From Octopus vulgaris (lineage: Eukaryota): 64,000 nucleotides of DNA. The stretch is taken from contig OX597835.1 of NCBI GenBank assembly GCA_951406725.2, positions 20,646,001 to 20,710,000 of the forward strand, in the 5' to 3' direction. The translations under genes and the position numbers were made by a program. Under the pieces are notes generated by a model. That model was given only the letters and a program-made list of their open reading frames with translations, was not told where the DNA came from and did no database searches. Positions 1 to 11,225 of the stretch are shown here, piece after piece. Numbering within the stretch: position 1 is the stretch's first letter; each line of letters opens with the position of its first letter.

Positions 1-25
1 TTTTTTTTTATGTCCTGTACCCAAA

Positions 26-81
<56 letters not shown>

Positions 82-138
82 TGTAGGTATGTACATATAT
101 GTATATATGCATATATTTATATGTTATTTATATTATAT

Positions 139-664
<526 letters not shown>

Positions 665-771
665 TGTGTCTGTATGTGTGTGTATCTTTGTGTAATGTAG
701 GGAGAGAGACAGACAGAGACATAAAATGTATGTCTGGATACACGCTTACATATACACGTACCTAGAATACG

Positions 772-819
<48 letters not shown>

Positions 820-1208
820 CATACACATATTTTTGCGTGAATGTGTTATAATACATACACATATATCATTGGGGGAGAGAGAGGTTGATAACGAGAGAAA
901 AGTAGTTAGAATCTGTTAGAAGTTTCATTTTCGTTTCGTTCATACATTTATACTAATTAACACAACATAATATCATTTAATTAATTAATTTACCTTTAGA
1001 TTCTGGTAAATTCGACATGCAATCTAAAATTGATTACATGATTGTGACTGGAACCAGTGCTGTGACTAGTCTATGAGATATAATCGTCTGTTTATGGCAA
1101 TGTAAGGCGGTATAGCACACACATACATACAAAAAACGTAAGTAGAGATATACGTAGAGGCAGTAGGCTAAACTATTGCAAAGAGTTGGCTGAAATGTTT
1201 ACTGAGTG

Positions 1209-1531
1209 GCACAATATTTGGAGGGAAAATCACAGCATAGGAGATTGGTCTCATATAACACTAAAAACATTGGTAAATTCCTGGTAACGCACGCACACTC
1301 AGATGTGTGTATGTGTGTGTGTGCGTATATAAAACGTGCGATGGATAAATTGCCGCCATTTCCTATTTTCAATTTCGTGCATTGTTTCTTTTTGATTTTG
1401 TCGACTACACAGTACAGTAGGGTCAGGTGAGAGAAGCACAATATTTGGAGGGAAAATCACAGCATAGGAGATTGGTCTCATATAACACTAAAAACATTGG
1501 TAAATTCCTGGTAACGCACGCACACTCAGAT

Positions 1532-1568
<37 letters not shown>

Positions 1569-1673
1569 CGTATATAAAACGTGCGATGGGTAAATTGCCG
1601 CCATTTCCTATTTTCAATTTCGTGCATTGTTTCTTTTTGATTTTGTCGACTACACAGTACAGTAGGGTCAGGT
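1209..1673 (+). repeat. Direct tandem duplication (~225 bp x2) covering host flank plus left end of a DD37D transposon
   Basis: GCACAATATTTGGAGGG...GGGTCAGGTG at ~1209-1429 and ~1436-1673; the copies differ mainly in (TG)n length. Confidence 0.9.
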
Positions 1674-2119
1674 GGGCACCTTATGAGAGATAAACGGCAC
1701 AATTACCCGATACACTCTGCCAGAAATTTGGAAAAGACATGCTGAAATCTTTAGCCTTCACGCCGGAATCTCCAATGCGAACGTTTCAGAGAGTTTGTGT
1801 GTCAATCTTAGGACAGTCCAATCTGAGAATATGGACCGATTGTGATGAAAATCAAACATCCAATAAACATCATGATGTTTCGAGTGATCACTAGTGATGG
1901 CACCGTTACGCCAGCAATCATCTATCCACGCGGCCTCACATTCAACAGGAAGCCCTACAGTTAGTGCCTGAAGGAGGTAGTGCTGCCGTGTGTCAACAGT
2001 TCGGTTGCTGGAAGGACCTATGGCCGGCAACAGGACTCTGCACAATGATTCATTACTATGTGTTGGGCACAATGGTCCGGGGGACCAACAAAACTCTTTG
2101 TTACACCAAAGATGAAATA
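1572..2119 (+). mobile_element. Internally deleted Tc1/mariner DD37D (maT-like) transposon
   Basis: Broken frames give KHPINIMMFRVITSDG, GRTYGRQQDSA, YYVLG..RGTNKTLCYTKDE. The 5' end matches the minus-strand copy ending near 27750. Confidence 0.75.
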
Positions 2120-2130
2120 GACGTGGGGAT

Positions 2131-2190
<60 letters not shown>

Positions 2191-2194
<4 letters not shown>

Positions 2195-2855
2195 AAAGTG
2201 AGATAAGGGTTAAGAGTGTAACCCACTATGGGATATCAGTTATCCAATATACTGCCAGTGAAGTACCCAAAAGGCTAATACATTCTGGCCGGCCCCAAGG
2301 AAAACTAAGCTAAGAGCATTAGATTCCTTGGAAAAAGGATCGAATGTATACGGAACAAGGACAGAAAAACGGACGATGTTACCAGGCGCTATGTGATTCT
2401 ATACAGAAAAAATTCAATCGTCACTACGTGTGAGTAAAGGTACCGAAACATAAGCATTGCTAGAAATAAGTGTTTAAATACATTTAATGCTTACATTTGT
2501 TTCATATTTATATTTGCATCTTATATTTTCATAATTGTACTTTATAATCTCTGACGAGGTCTTGAGATATATATATATAAGTAACTCATTTTTCACTGCA
2601 TATTACCTCAATACATCTGACTAATATAGGCACTATGAGATACATTTATCTACAGGCTGAAACAGCTGTAAGATCCATTTTATATGTAATATTTTTTATG
2701 GTATTATCTTACTTATTGATGTATATCGTTTTATTCTGTTTTATTCTGTTGGATTTGGATGTTCCTATTTAATTAGTTAATAAATTATATGAATTGGCAT
2801 TATATGTAAGTTGATGATTGAAAGGAATCTGTTCCTCCATTTTCTTATTTGTATG
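2191..2855 (+). mobile_element. Non-coding hammerhead-bearing Penelope-pLTR/retrozyme-like element inserted in (TA)n
   Basis: Complex sequence bounded by TA tracts on both sides; contains the hammerhead at 2547-2674. Boundaries approximate. Confidence 0.55.
2547..2674 (+). ncRNA. Type I hammerhead ribozyme with long stem II insertion
   Basis: Stem I ATCT/AGAT; core CTGACGA (2551-2557); stem II GGTCT/AGGCT; GAAA (2659-2662); stem III C-AGCT-G (palindromic); TA cleavage dinucleotide 2669-2670. Confidence 0.72.
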
Positions 2856-3237
2856 TATATATATATATATATGTGGGTACGTATTTATGTAAGAATATGC
2901 TTGAAAGAATATGCATGTATCTATTATAGAACGTCTGGTATTGGGTGCATTTCTCCAGGCTGGCCGATACCAGCGTCGTTGTCTTACCTGAAACGTAAAA
3001 ATTTCTTCATTAGTTTCTAAGCCAGCCAATAGAATATGTAATAATTTATTCACCGACCATTTGGCGAAAGTATTTTATGGCTTGTGCCATATGTCGCCAC
3101 TCATTCTTTCTCATCACCAACGGATAATTGTCTCTTTAGTACAGCTGGCTGGATATTTCGACTGAAATTTCACTATTACCGCATTTGTCTTTGACTAATT
3201 CAATAAATGGGGAGCGTACGCGTGTTCGTGTGTGCCT

Positions 3238-3252
3238 ATATACATATATATA

Positions 3253-3343
<91 letters not shown>

Positions 3344-3512
3344 GTACACCAACAAATATGTGTGTTGTGAATCTATATGCATACGTATGTGCATGCGCAA
3401 ATGTATGTGGAGATATATATATATACATAAACATATATGTGTATATGTGCATTTATATATGTTTCTACATATACATATAAAACTATATTTGTGTGTACGC
3501 ATATACTCGTGC

Positions 3513-3553
<41 letters not shown>

Positions 3554-3712
3554 TATGTATATGTATATACGTATATATGCATAGATAGATATGCATGTAT
3601 ATATATATATATATATATAACTATAAATATATAGCCATATATATACACATATATATATATGTATATATATATATGGATATGTATATACGTGTATATACAT
3701 AGATTGATAGGC

Positions 3713-3787
<75 letters not shown>
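3238..3787. repeat. Degenerate (TA)n/(TATG)n microsatellite field
   Basis: Directly visible. Confidence 0.9.
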
Positions 3788-4288
3788 GCTATGGAAAGTG
3801 GCTATAAGCTTCCGTCCGTAAACTGTAGAGGAGAAGGCTAGCTAGTTCGAGTTAGAAAATATCGAATTACAGGGTAAGTAGATCTACATTAATAGGAGAC
3901 ACAGCGAACACCTGATATGCAGATGTAATAATGTTAACGTAGAATTTCGCAGGAAATTTGAGCTAAGTATCAATTGAAGATAATGGTTTATCTTCATGTC
4001 TTCGTTTGCAATTTAAAATGTTCTAAGTATCGTCGACTGGAATTCATTTCATAGATCGCAACTATTTGGAAATGTTTCTGTTGTAATTTTCTTGTATATA
4101 ACAATACTTTGATCAAACCGGATGTATATTAGACGTCGGTTTTGTATAATTACAGGTATTTATTGAAATTTACTAAAAGGTGTTCGTATTTGATGTATAT
4201 AATTTTTAACTTTGAATTATTTCATTATGAGTGAATTATTCAGACAATGAGATATACAGAGTCTTCACCCTTTGTTCTTTCTTTTCTC

Positions 4289-4331
<43 letters not shown>

Positions 4332-4504
4332 TATTTATCTATCATAATCCTTCATTTACTCATTCTGATGCTCCAGCAAAGCTAACTGGAAGGAGAATCC
4401 AAGCTGTGAACACAAAGATGGCCTGTCCCGAATTCCTACGACAGAATAGACAATACTAAAGATATTGGGGGTTTTGGTGGGGGTCTTTGCTAGTGGTGGT
4501 GTTG

Positions 4505-4536
<32 letters not shown>

Positions 4537-4671
4537 GGTGGTGGTGGTGGTGATGGTGATGGCGAAAAATGTTAGAGGTACTGCTGGTTTTATTGATGAA
4601 ATTGGTGTTCGTGTTCATGTTGGTGATGGCGGTGATAATATAGATACTAGATACTAGATAATATAGATACC

Positions 4672-4893
4672 AGGCGAGCTGGCAGAAACGTTAGCACACC
4701 GGGCGAAATGCGTAGCCGTATTTCGTCTGCCGTTACGTTCTGAGTTCAAATTCCACCGAGGTCGACTTTGCCTTTCATCCTTTCGGGCTCGATTAAATAA
4801 GTACCAGTTACGCACTGGGGTCGATATAATCGACTTTATCCCTTTGTTTGTCCTCTCTGTGTTTAGCCCCTTGTGGGTAGTAAAAAAAAAAAA
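4672..4893 (+). mobile_element. SINE family C (GGCGAGCTGGCAGAAACG head)
   Basis: B-box-like GAGTTCAAATTC; central GACTTTGCCTTTCATCCTTTCGGG..GAT..AATAAGTACC; tail TTAGCCCCTTGTGGG + A-run. More than 10 copies in the window. Confidence 0.8.
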
Positions 4894-5082
4894 AGATAAT
4901 ATAGATAGTATGGTGATGGTAACTGTAGCGCTGCTGTTGGAGATGATACTGGTGGAGTATGCGATTGTGGTAGCGATGACAGAGATGATGAGGATGATGG
5001 TGATGATGTTGTGGTGACGGTGATGTTGTCGCTGAGGGGGGATCCACGGTGTCGGTATGTTGTTGATCCTTAAGCACTTATT

Positions 5083-5464
5083 AGCACTCCGTCGGTTACG
5101 ACGATGAGGGTTCCGGTTGATCCGAATTAACGGAACAGCCTGCTCGTGAAATTAACGTGTAAGTGGCTGAGCACTCCACAGACACGTGTACCCTTAACGT
5201 AGTTCTCGTGGAATATTCAGCGTGACACAGAGAGTGACAAGGCCGGCCCTTTGAAATACAGGTACAACAGAAACAGGAAGTAAGAGTGAGAGAAAGTTGT
5301 GGTGAAAGAGTACAGCAGGGATCACTACCACCCCCTGCCGGAGCCTCGTGGAGCTTTAGGTGTTTTCGCTCAATAAACACTCACAACGACCGGTCTGGGA
5401 ATCGAAACCGCGATCCTATGATCGCGAGTCCGCTGCCCTAACCACTGGGCCATTGCGCCTCCAC
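5083..5464 (-). mobile_element. tRNA-derived SINE family B, tail type 1
   Basis: Reverse complement of the GGAGGCGCAATGGCCCAGTGGTTAGGGCAGCGGACTCGCG...GGTTTCGATTCC head; collinear with 16263-16643 and 27029-27408. Confidence 0.85.
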
Positions 5465-6177
5465 ATGTTGGTGATACTGTTGATGACAATAGTGGTGAGG
5501 ATTAGGATACGAGTGGCGGTGATATGGCGGAAGTGCTGTGGGCAGTGGTTGTTGTTGTGTGGCACCACTTCTTGTGATACTGGTATTAGCGGTAGTGATG
5601 GGATTCTTAATGCTACTGCAACGAACAACAACCTACGACAACCGACGAAAGATTCAGACACAACCACTGCTCCCCGGACAGCCAAAACACAGAGTTTACA
5701 GTGATGGAGTGCACCCCCAATTGTCTCTCGGAGTAGTGACTCAGACTTTTTTAAATGAACCGACAAATTACTCATCACTCTACAGATAAAAACGTCCTGA
5801 AAACACAAAATGGAATTTTCATGAAAACGCGATGATGGAAACATTATTTGTTGATAGTTCAACCTTGATTGCAACTGTGTGCGACATTGAAAAAATAGCT
5901 GCTATTCCGTACTTTATAAGCGATGAAACCTGAAGATCTGATTTCTCAAATGGCGGACAGTTTCAGTTCAATTCACTCGGGTTTCAAATCCTTTGACCTC
6001 AACGATAAACAATTGAGCAACATTTTAATAACTTCGACCATATATTCTTAATTGAATTTCTTATATTGTAATTGGTCAAGCAGTGTGATGAAGGCGTGTG
6101 GTCAATTGGCTTGTATATTGCAATCACACATATTCATATATACATACATACAAACATACGTAACATATACGTATACA

Positions 6178-6580
6178 TGAGTGGCTGTGTGGTAAGTAGC
6201 TTGCTATCCAACCACATGGTTCCGGGTTCAGTCCCACTGCGTGGCATCTTGGGCAAGTGTCTTCTGCTATAGCTTCGGGCCGACCAATGCCTTGTGAGTG
6301 GATTTGGCAGGCGGAAACTGAAAGAAACCCGTCATATATATATGTATATATATATTTGTGTGTATATGTGTTTCTGTGTCTCTGTTTGTCCCCCAAGCAT
6401 TGCTTGACAATCGATGCTGGTGTTTTTACGTCCCCGTCACTTAGCGGTTCGGCGAAAGAAACCGATAGAATAAGTACTGGGTTTACAAAGAATAAGTCCC
6501 GGGGTCGATTTGCTCGACTAAAGGCGGTGCTCCAGCATGGCCGCAGTCAAATGACTGAAACAAGTAAAAGAGTAAAAGAG
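6178..6580 (+). mobile_element. SINE family A
   Basis: Collinear with 139-545. Confidence 0.85.
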
Positions 6581-6886
6581 TATATGTATATATATATATA
6601 TATATATATTTCAACAATTGAGGGTAAAATTAATTAATTATTAATCAATTTCACCAAGTGTTCAGTATGCAAAGGGACCATTTAAGGCGAATTCAAATTA
6701 TTACATTATATAAAAGGGCTTAGTAAAATAAATTACTTCGCCGCATACTGAACTCATTAGAAATAGCAGCTAAAAAACTTTTTTAAAGCTATTTCTAATA
6801 CTTAAAGAAAATCTCTCTCATATATAGCGTTTGCTTAATTCAACTCACAAAAGTTTGGGGGTAAGGACATTAAAAAATCAAATGCT

Positions 6887-6957
6887 AAGGTTATTTGAGT
6901 ACGTACGTTTCAAGATTAGTCAAAGCAACATTTCTCTCTTCAGCTCATAAATTCCTT
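6887..6957 (-). ncRNA. Type I hammerhead ribozyme, copy 1
   Basis: Minus strand reads AAGG-AAT-TTA-TGAG CTGAAGA GAGA..TCTT GAAA C-GTAC-G TA/ CTCA-AA-TAA-CCTT. Predicted cleavage between 6900 and 6899. Confidence 0.82.
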
Positions 6958-7431
6958 GGTTTGGATTTGGAAACACTGAAAGTAAGAACTTACCCTTTCG
7001 AAGATCCGCTCTCAACTACCAGTGCCAACGAATCCAAATAAGCAAGTGAATCATTTCTGCTCTCCCCTTTCCACCAGCGTGGGTTAAAATCATCAAACGC
7101 TATGCTTATTTCGGTAAAATCCGAAGCATTAATTAGAGGGAGATTAATTATAATTTCAACAATTGAGGGTAAAATTAATTAATTATTAATCAATTTCACC
7201 AAGTGTTCAGTATGCAAAGGGACCATTTAAGGCGAATTCAAATTATTACATTATATAAAAGGGCTTAGTAAAATAAATTACTTCGCCGCATACTGAACTC
7301 ATTAGAAATAGCAGCTAAAAAACTTTTTTAAAGCTATTTCTAATACTTAAAGAAAATCTCTCTCATATATAGCGTTTGCTTAATTCAACTCACAAAAGTT
7401 TGGGGGTAAGGACATTAAAAAATCAAATGCT

Positions 7432-7502
7432 AAGGTTATTTGAGTACGTACGTTTCAAGATTAGTCAAAGCAACATTTCTCTCTTCAGCTCATAAATTCC
7501 TT
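7432..7502 (-). ncRNA. Type I hammerhead ribozyme, copy 2
   Basis: Same motif shifted by 545 bp. Confidence 0.82.
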
Positions 7503-7976
7503 GGTTTGGATTTGGAAACACTGAAAGTAAGAACTTACCCTTTCGAAGATCCGCTCTCAACTACCAGTGCCAACGAATCCAAATAAGCAAGTGAATCATT
7601 TCTGCTCTCCCCTTTCCACCAGCGTGGGTTAAAATCATCAAACGCTATGCTTATTTCGGTAAAATCCGAAGCATTAATTAGAGGGAGATTAATTATAATT
7701 TCAACAATTGAGGGTAAAATTAATTAATTATTAATCAATTTCACCAAGTGTTCAGTATGCAAAGGGACCATTTAAGGCGAATTCAAATTATTACATTATA
7801 TAAAAGGGCTTAGTAAAATAAATTACTTCGCCGCATACTGAACTCATTAGAAATAGCAGCTAAAAAACTTTTTTAAAGCTATTTCTAATACTTAAAGAAA
7901 ATCTCTCTCATATATAGCGTTTGCTTAATTCAACTCACAAAAGTTTGGGGGTAAGGACATTAAAAAATCAAATGCT

Positions 7977-8047
7977 AAGGTTATTTGAGTACGTACGTTT
8001 CAAGATTAGTCAAAGCAACATTTCTCTCTTCAGCTCATAAATTCCTT
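7977..8047 (-). ncRNA. Type I hammerhead ribozyme, copy 3
   Basis: Same motif shifted by 1090 bp. Confidence 0.82.
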
Positions 8048-8241
8048 GGTTTGGATTTGGAAACACTGAAAGTAAGAACTTACCCTTTCGAAGATCCGCT
8101 CTCAACTACCAGTGCCAACGAATCCAAATAAGCAAGTGAATCATTTCTGCTCTCCCCTTTCCACCAGCGTGGGTTAAAATCATCAAACGCTATGCTTATT
8201 TCGGTAAAATCCGAAGCATTAATTAGAGGGAGATTAATTAG

Positions 8242-8604
8242 AGGGGAGAGCAGAAATGATTCACTTGCTTATTTGGATTCGTTGGCACTGGTAGTTGAGA
8301 GCGGATCTTCGAAAGGGTAAGTTCTTACTTTCAGTGTTTCCAAATCCAAACCAAGGAATTTATGAGCTGAAGAGAGAAATGTTGCTTTGACTAATCTTGA
8401 AACGTACGTACTCAAATAACCTTAGCATTTGATTTTTTAATGTCCTTACCCCAAACTTTTGTGAGTTGAATTAAGCAAACGCTATATATGAGAGAGATTT
8501 TCTTTAAGTATTAGAAATAGCTTTAAAAAAGTTTTTAGCTGCTATTTCTAATGAGTTCAGTATGCGGCGAAGTAATTTATTTTACTAAGCCCTTTTATAT
8601 AATG

Positions 8605-8608
<4 letters not shown>
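8242..8608 (+). repeat. Inverted partial copy (~367 bp) of the 545-bp unit
   Basis: Reverse complement of unit positions ~6699-7068; ends in a (TA)n tract. Confidence 0.92.
8353..8423 (+). ncRNA. Type I hammerhead ribozyme, copy 4 (inverted arm)
   Basis: AAGGAATTTATGAG CTGAAGA(8367-8373) GAGAAATGTTGCTTTGACTAATCTT GAAA(8399-8402) CGTACG TA(8409-8410) CTCAAATAACCTT. Confidence 0.82.
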
Positions 8609-8645
<37 letters not shown>

Positions 8646-8843
8646 TATATATATATACACGTACAACCAGACACACACACATACGCTCGTGCCTGCGCAC
8701 CCCCACGCATGCACGCACACACACATATATGCATAGGTATTCATTTTTGTGTATATACATATATACATATGTATATATGTCTGTATATATATATATGTCT
8801 ATATATATATATGTGTGTGTGTGTGCGTGTGTGTGTGTGTGTA

Positions 8844-8984
8844 TGGAGGCGCAATGGCCTAGTGCTTAGGGCAGCGGACTCGCGGTCGCAGGATCGCGGT
8901 TTCGATTCCCAGACCGGGCGTTTGGTGTATTTATTGAGCGAAAACACCTATAAGCTCCACGAGGCTCCGGCAGGGGGTGGTGAT

Positions 8985-8990
<6 letters not shown>
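8844..8990 (+). mobile_element. SINE family B, internally deleted (tail type 2 end)
   Basis: Head joined directly to the terminal GTGATCACGTG, consistent with deletion at GTGATC microhomology. Confidence 0.75.
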
Positions 8991-9042
<52 letters not shown>

Positions 9043-9048
<6 letters not shown>

Positions 9049-9378
9049 TAGATAATGAGAGTGATAAATTGAATATTAATTTAATTAATATCAATTTAAA
9101 AACCAGTAGCCTAGCATATAGAAAAATCTGAAAATTCAGAAAAATTTTAATACATGCGTATAATAGGGATGACCACTAAGTGGATATCCAATATCCTAGA
9201 AGAAGATCATCTACGTTCTAACGACAGAATTAATTCTGTATTTTCTATCTGTTCATCTGTCTTAACCGCATAATGTTCTGGTGTTTGCTGAATTTCACTG
9301 GAGAACATTCTTTTCTTTGTAGATAGATCGTTGGTGATCTCTTTCTTGGATGTCCACTTAGTGGTCATGCCTATTATA

Positions 9379-9382
<4 letters not shown>
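9043..9382. mobile_element. (TA)n-flanked element with asymmetric inverted arms (pLTR-like)
   Basis: Inverted repeat TGCGTATAATAGGGATGACCACTAAGTGGATATCCA (~9155-9190) / TGGATGTCCACTTAGTGGTCATGCCTATTATATGCA (~9347-9382); the left arm extends ~110 bp further. Confidence 0.6.
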
Positions 9383-9417
<35 letters not shown>

Positions 9418-9431
9418 GGCCAGTGCGCCTC

Positions 9432-9485
<54 letters not shown>

Positions 9486-10780
9486 GACATTTATATATAC
9501 ACAGACATATATACATATATATATATGTATATACACAAAAATGAATACCTATGCATATATGTGTGTGTGCGTGTATGCGTGGGGGTGCGCAGGCACGAGC
9601 GTATGTGTGTGTGTTTGTTTGTACGTATTTTAAAACAACTTTCATGTGGTAAATAACAGAACACTTGCTATGTTGCGGACACATTACAACGAGTCAAATC
9701 TGTTGTAAGCATCGTGATAGCCAGCCGGGATTGTGTGTTCGGTGGGCGGGTTTGGTAATTCGTTGAACGAACCAATCAGGTGAGACATGAATTTTACAAA
9801 AATCTGTTTGTTTTGTTTGTGCGTACATGCGTTTCTATGTCCACTCGTATGTATGCGTGAACAAATCACACGTTACAATAATACTTTCTATTCTACATCT
9901 TGAAGATGTCACTAATATCTTCCACATTTTTAACGTTTTGTTCTGAAGATCTAACACGCAAGTATTAGTGTGTACATGTATGTATGTATGTATATGTGTG
10001 TATGTATATGTGTCTGTGTTGTATGTGTGCACGCGTGCCTGCATATGTGAGAGTGATTGTGGCGCATAGAAGCCCATGCGCCAGCGCATATACTTTTCTA
10101 TATGTGTTTATATATACGTTTATATATATGTCGATATGTGTATTGATAGATATGTATATAACCATACACACGCTCATATACACATGTGCATACATATATA
10201 TACATATATATACATATACATACATATACATACATATACATATACATACATATACATACATATACATATACATACATATACATACATATACATACATATA
10301 TATATATATACATATATATATAACCACATTACTATATGTGCATGTTGATATGAAGCTATGCTTACGAATTTATACAGATCATAGCTAAGTGTGACTTTCT
10401 ATATTTACCAAAGGGAGACTTTCATGACAGTAGCTAATTATTTAGAAAGTTGTGAATAGCCTCTTTAATCGAATACCGATGATGTGTGTAAATTACCTGA
10501 CATTTTCTTAATAACCTTACAGCCAATATAGGATAATTAATTTTCTCTTGGCTGATCTTTCTTCCTTCGAATTAGTTTCTTAATCAAATAGACAGCCACC
10601 TACATGCTATTAATTTTCTATATCTTATAAGATTATCATCCAACTTTCGTCTCTTGACTGTCTATCTTATCCATAAATTTCCCCTCTCATGATTAGGTGT
10701 GTGCATTACTACTGGATCAACGCTCTTAGTAGATAGAGAAGGTCTTATTATCAATAATATTAGTAATATTAATGTTAGTA

Positions 10781-11149
10781 ATAATCGATGTATCAATACT
10801 GACAGCTGGTAATGTTTCTCTAAAAGAAACGAAGAAATTTTCAAAATACAAAGATCTGGAAGCAGAGGTAACTCGAGTGAGGAGTCTAAAAACAGAAACT
10901 ATTCCTATTATAGTGGGCGCAGTAGGTGTGATAAAAAAAAACATTCAGAAAAATACATAACAAAACACCAGGTCTTATAAGTATATGTAATATACAGAAA
11001 ATAACATTGCTAGGCACAGCACACATTCTACGTAAAATACTTTCAATAAAGTGAAAACGAGAACATCACAACAAACCACAGCACATACCCAAGGTTCACT
11101 GAGCTGCGCTCGGTAGTGCACTGAAAGCACGTGATAAAAATTAGACTAG

Positions 11150-11151
<2 letters not shown>
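10781..11151 (+). mobile_element. 3' fragment of R4/Dong-clade non-LTR retrotransposon (restriction-like endonuclease C-terminus + 3' UTR)
   Basis: IIDVSI...NVSLKE..KFSKYKDLE.EV.R...LKTETIPIIVGAVG, then after a frameshift IQKITLLGTAHILRK; followed by (AAT)n. Confidence 0.8.
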
Positions 11152-11217
<66 letters not shown>

Positions 11218-11225
11218 AATAATAA

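Larger units (their letters stand above)
6608..8240 (-). repeat. Tandem array of three 545-bp units, each carrying a hammerhead ribozyme (retrozyme/Penelope pLTR-like)
   Basis: TCAACAATTGAGGG recurs at 6611, 7156 and 7701 (period 545); the units look identical by eye; no ORF called by the track except one running in from the flank. Confidence 0.92.

Noticed and set aside
6608-8240. CRISPR array or rDNA/5S repeat interpretation of the tandem array
   Set aside because: No short repeat-unique spacer pattern and no rRNA-like sequence; the context is eukaryotic.
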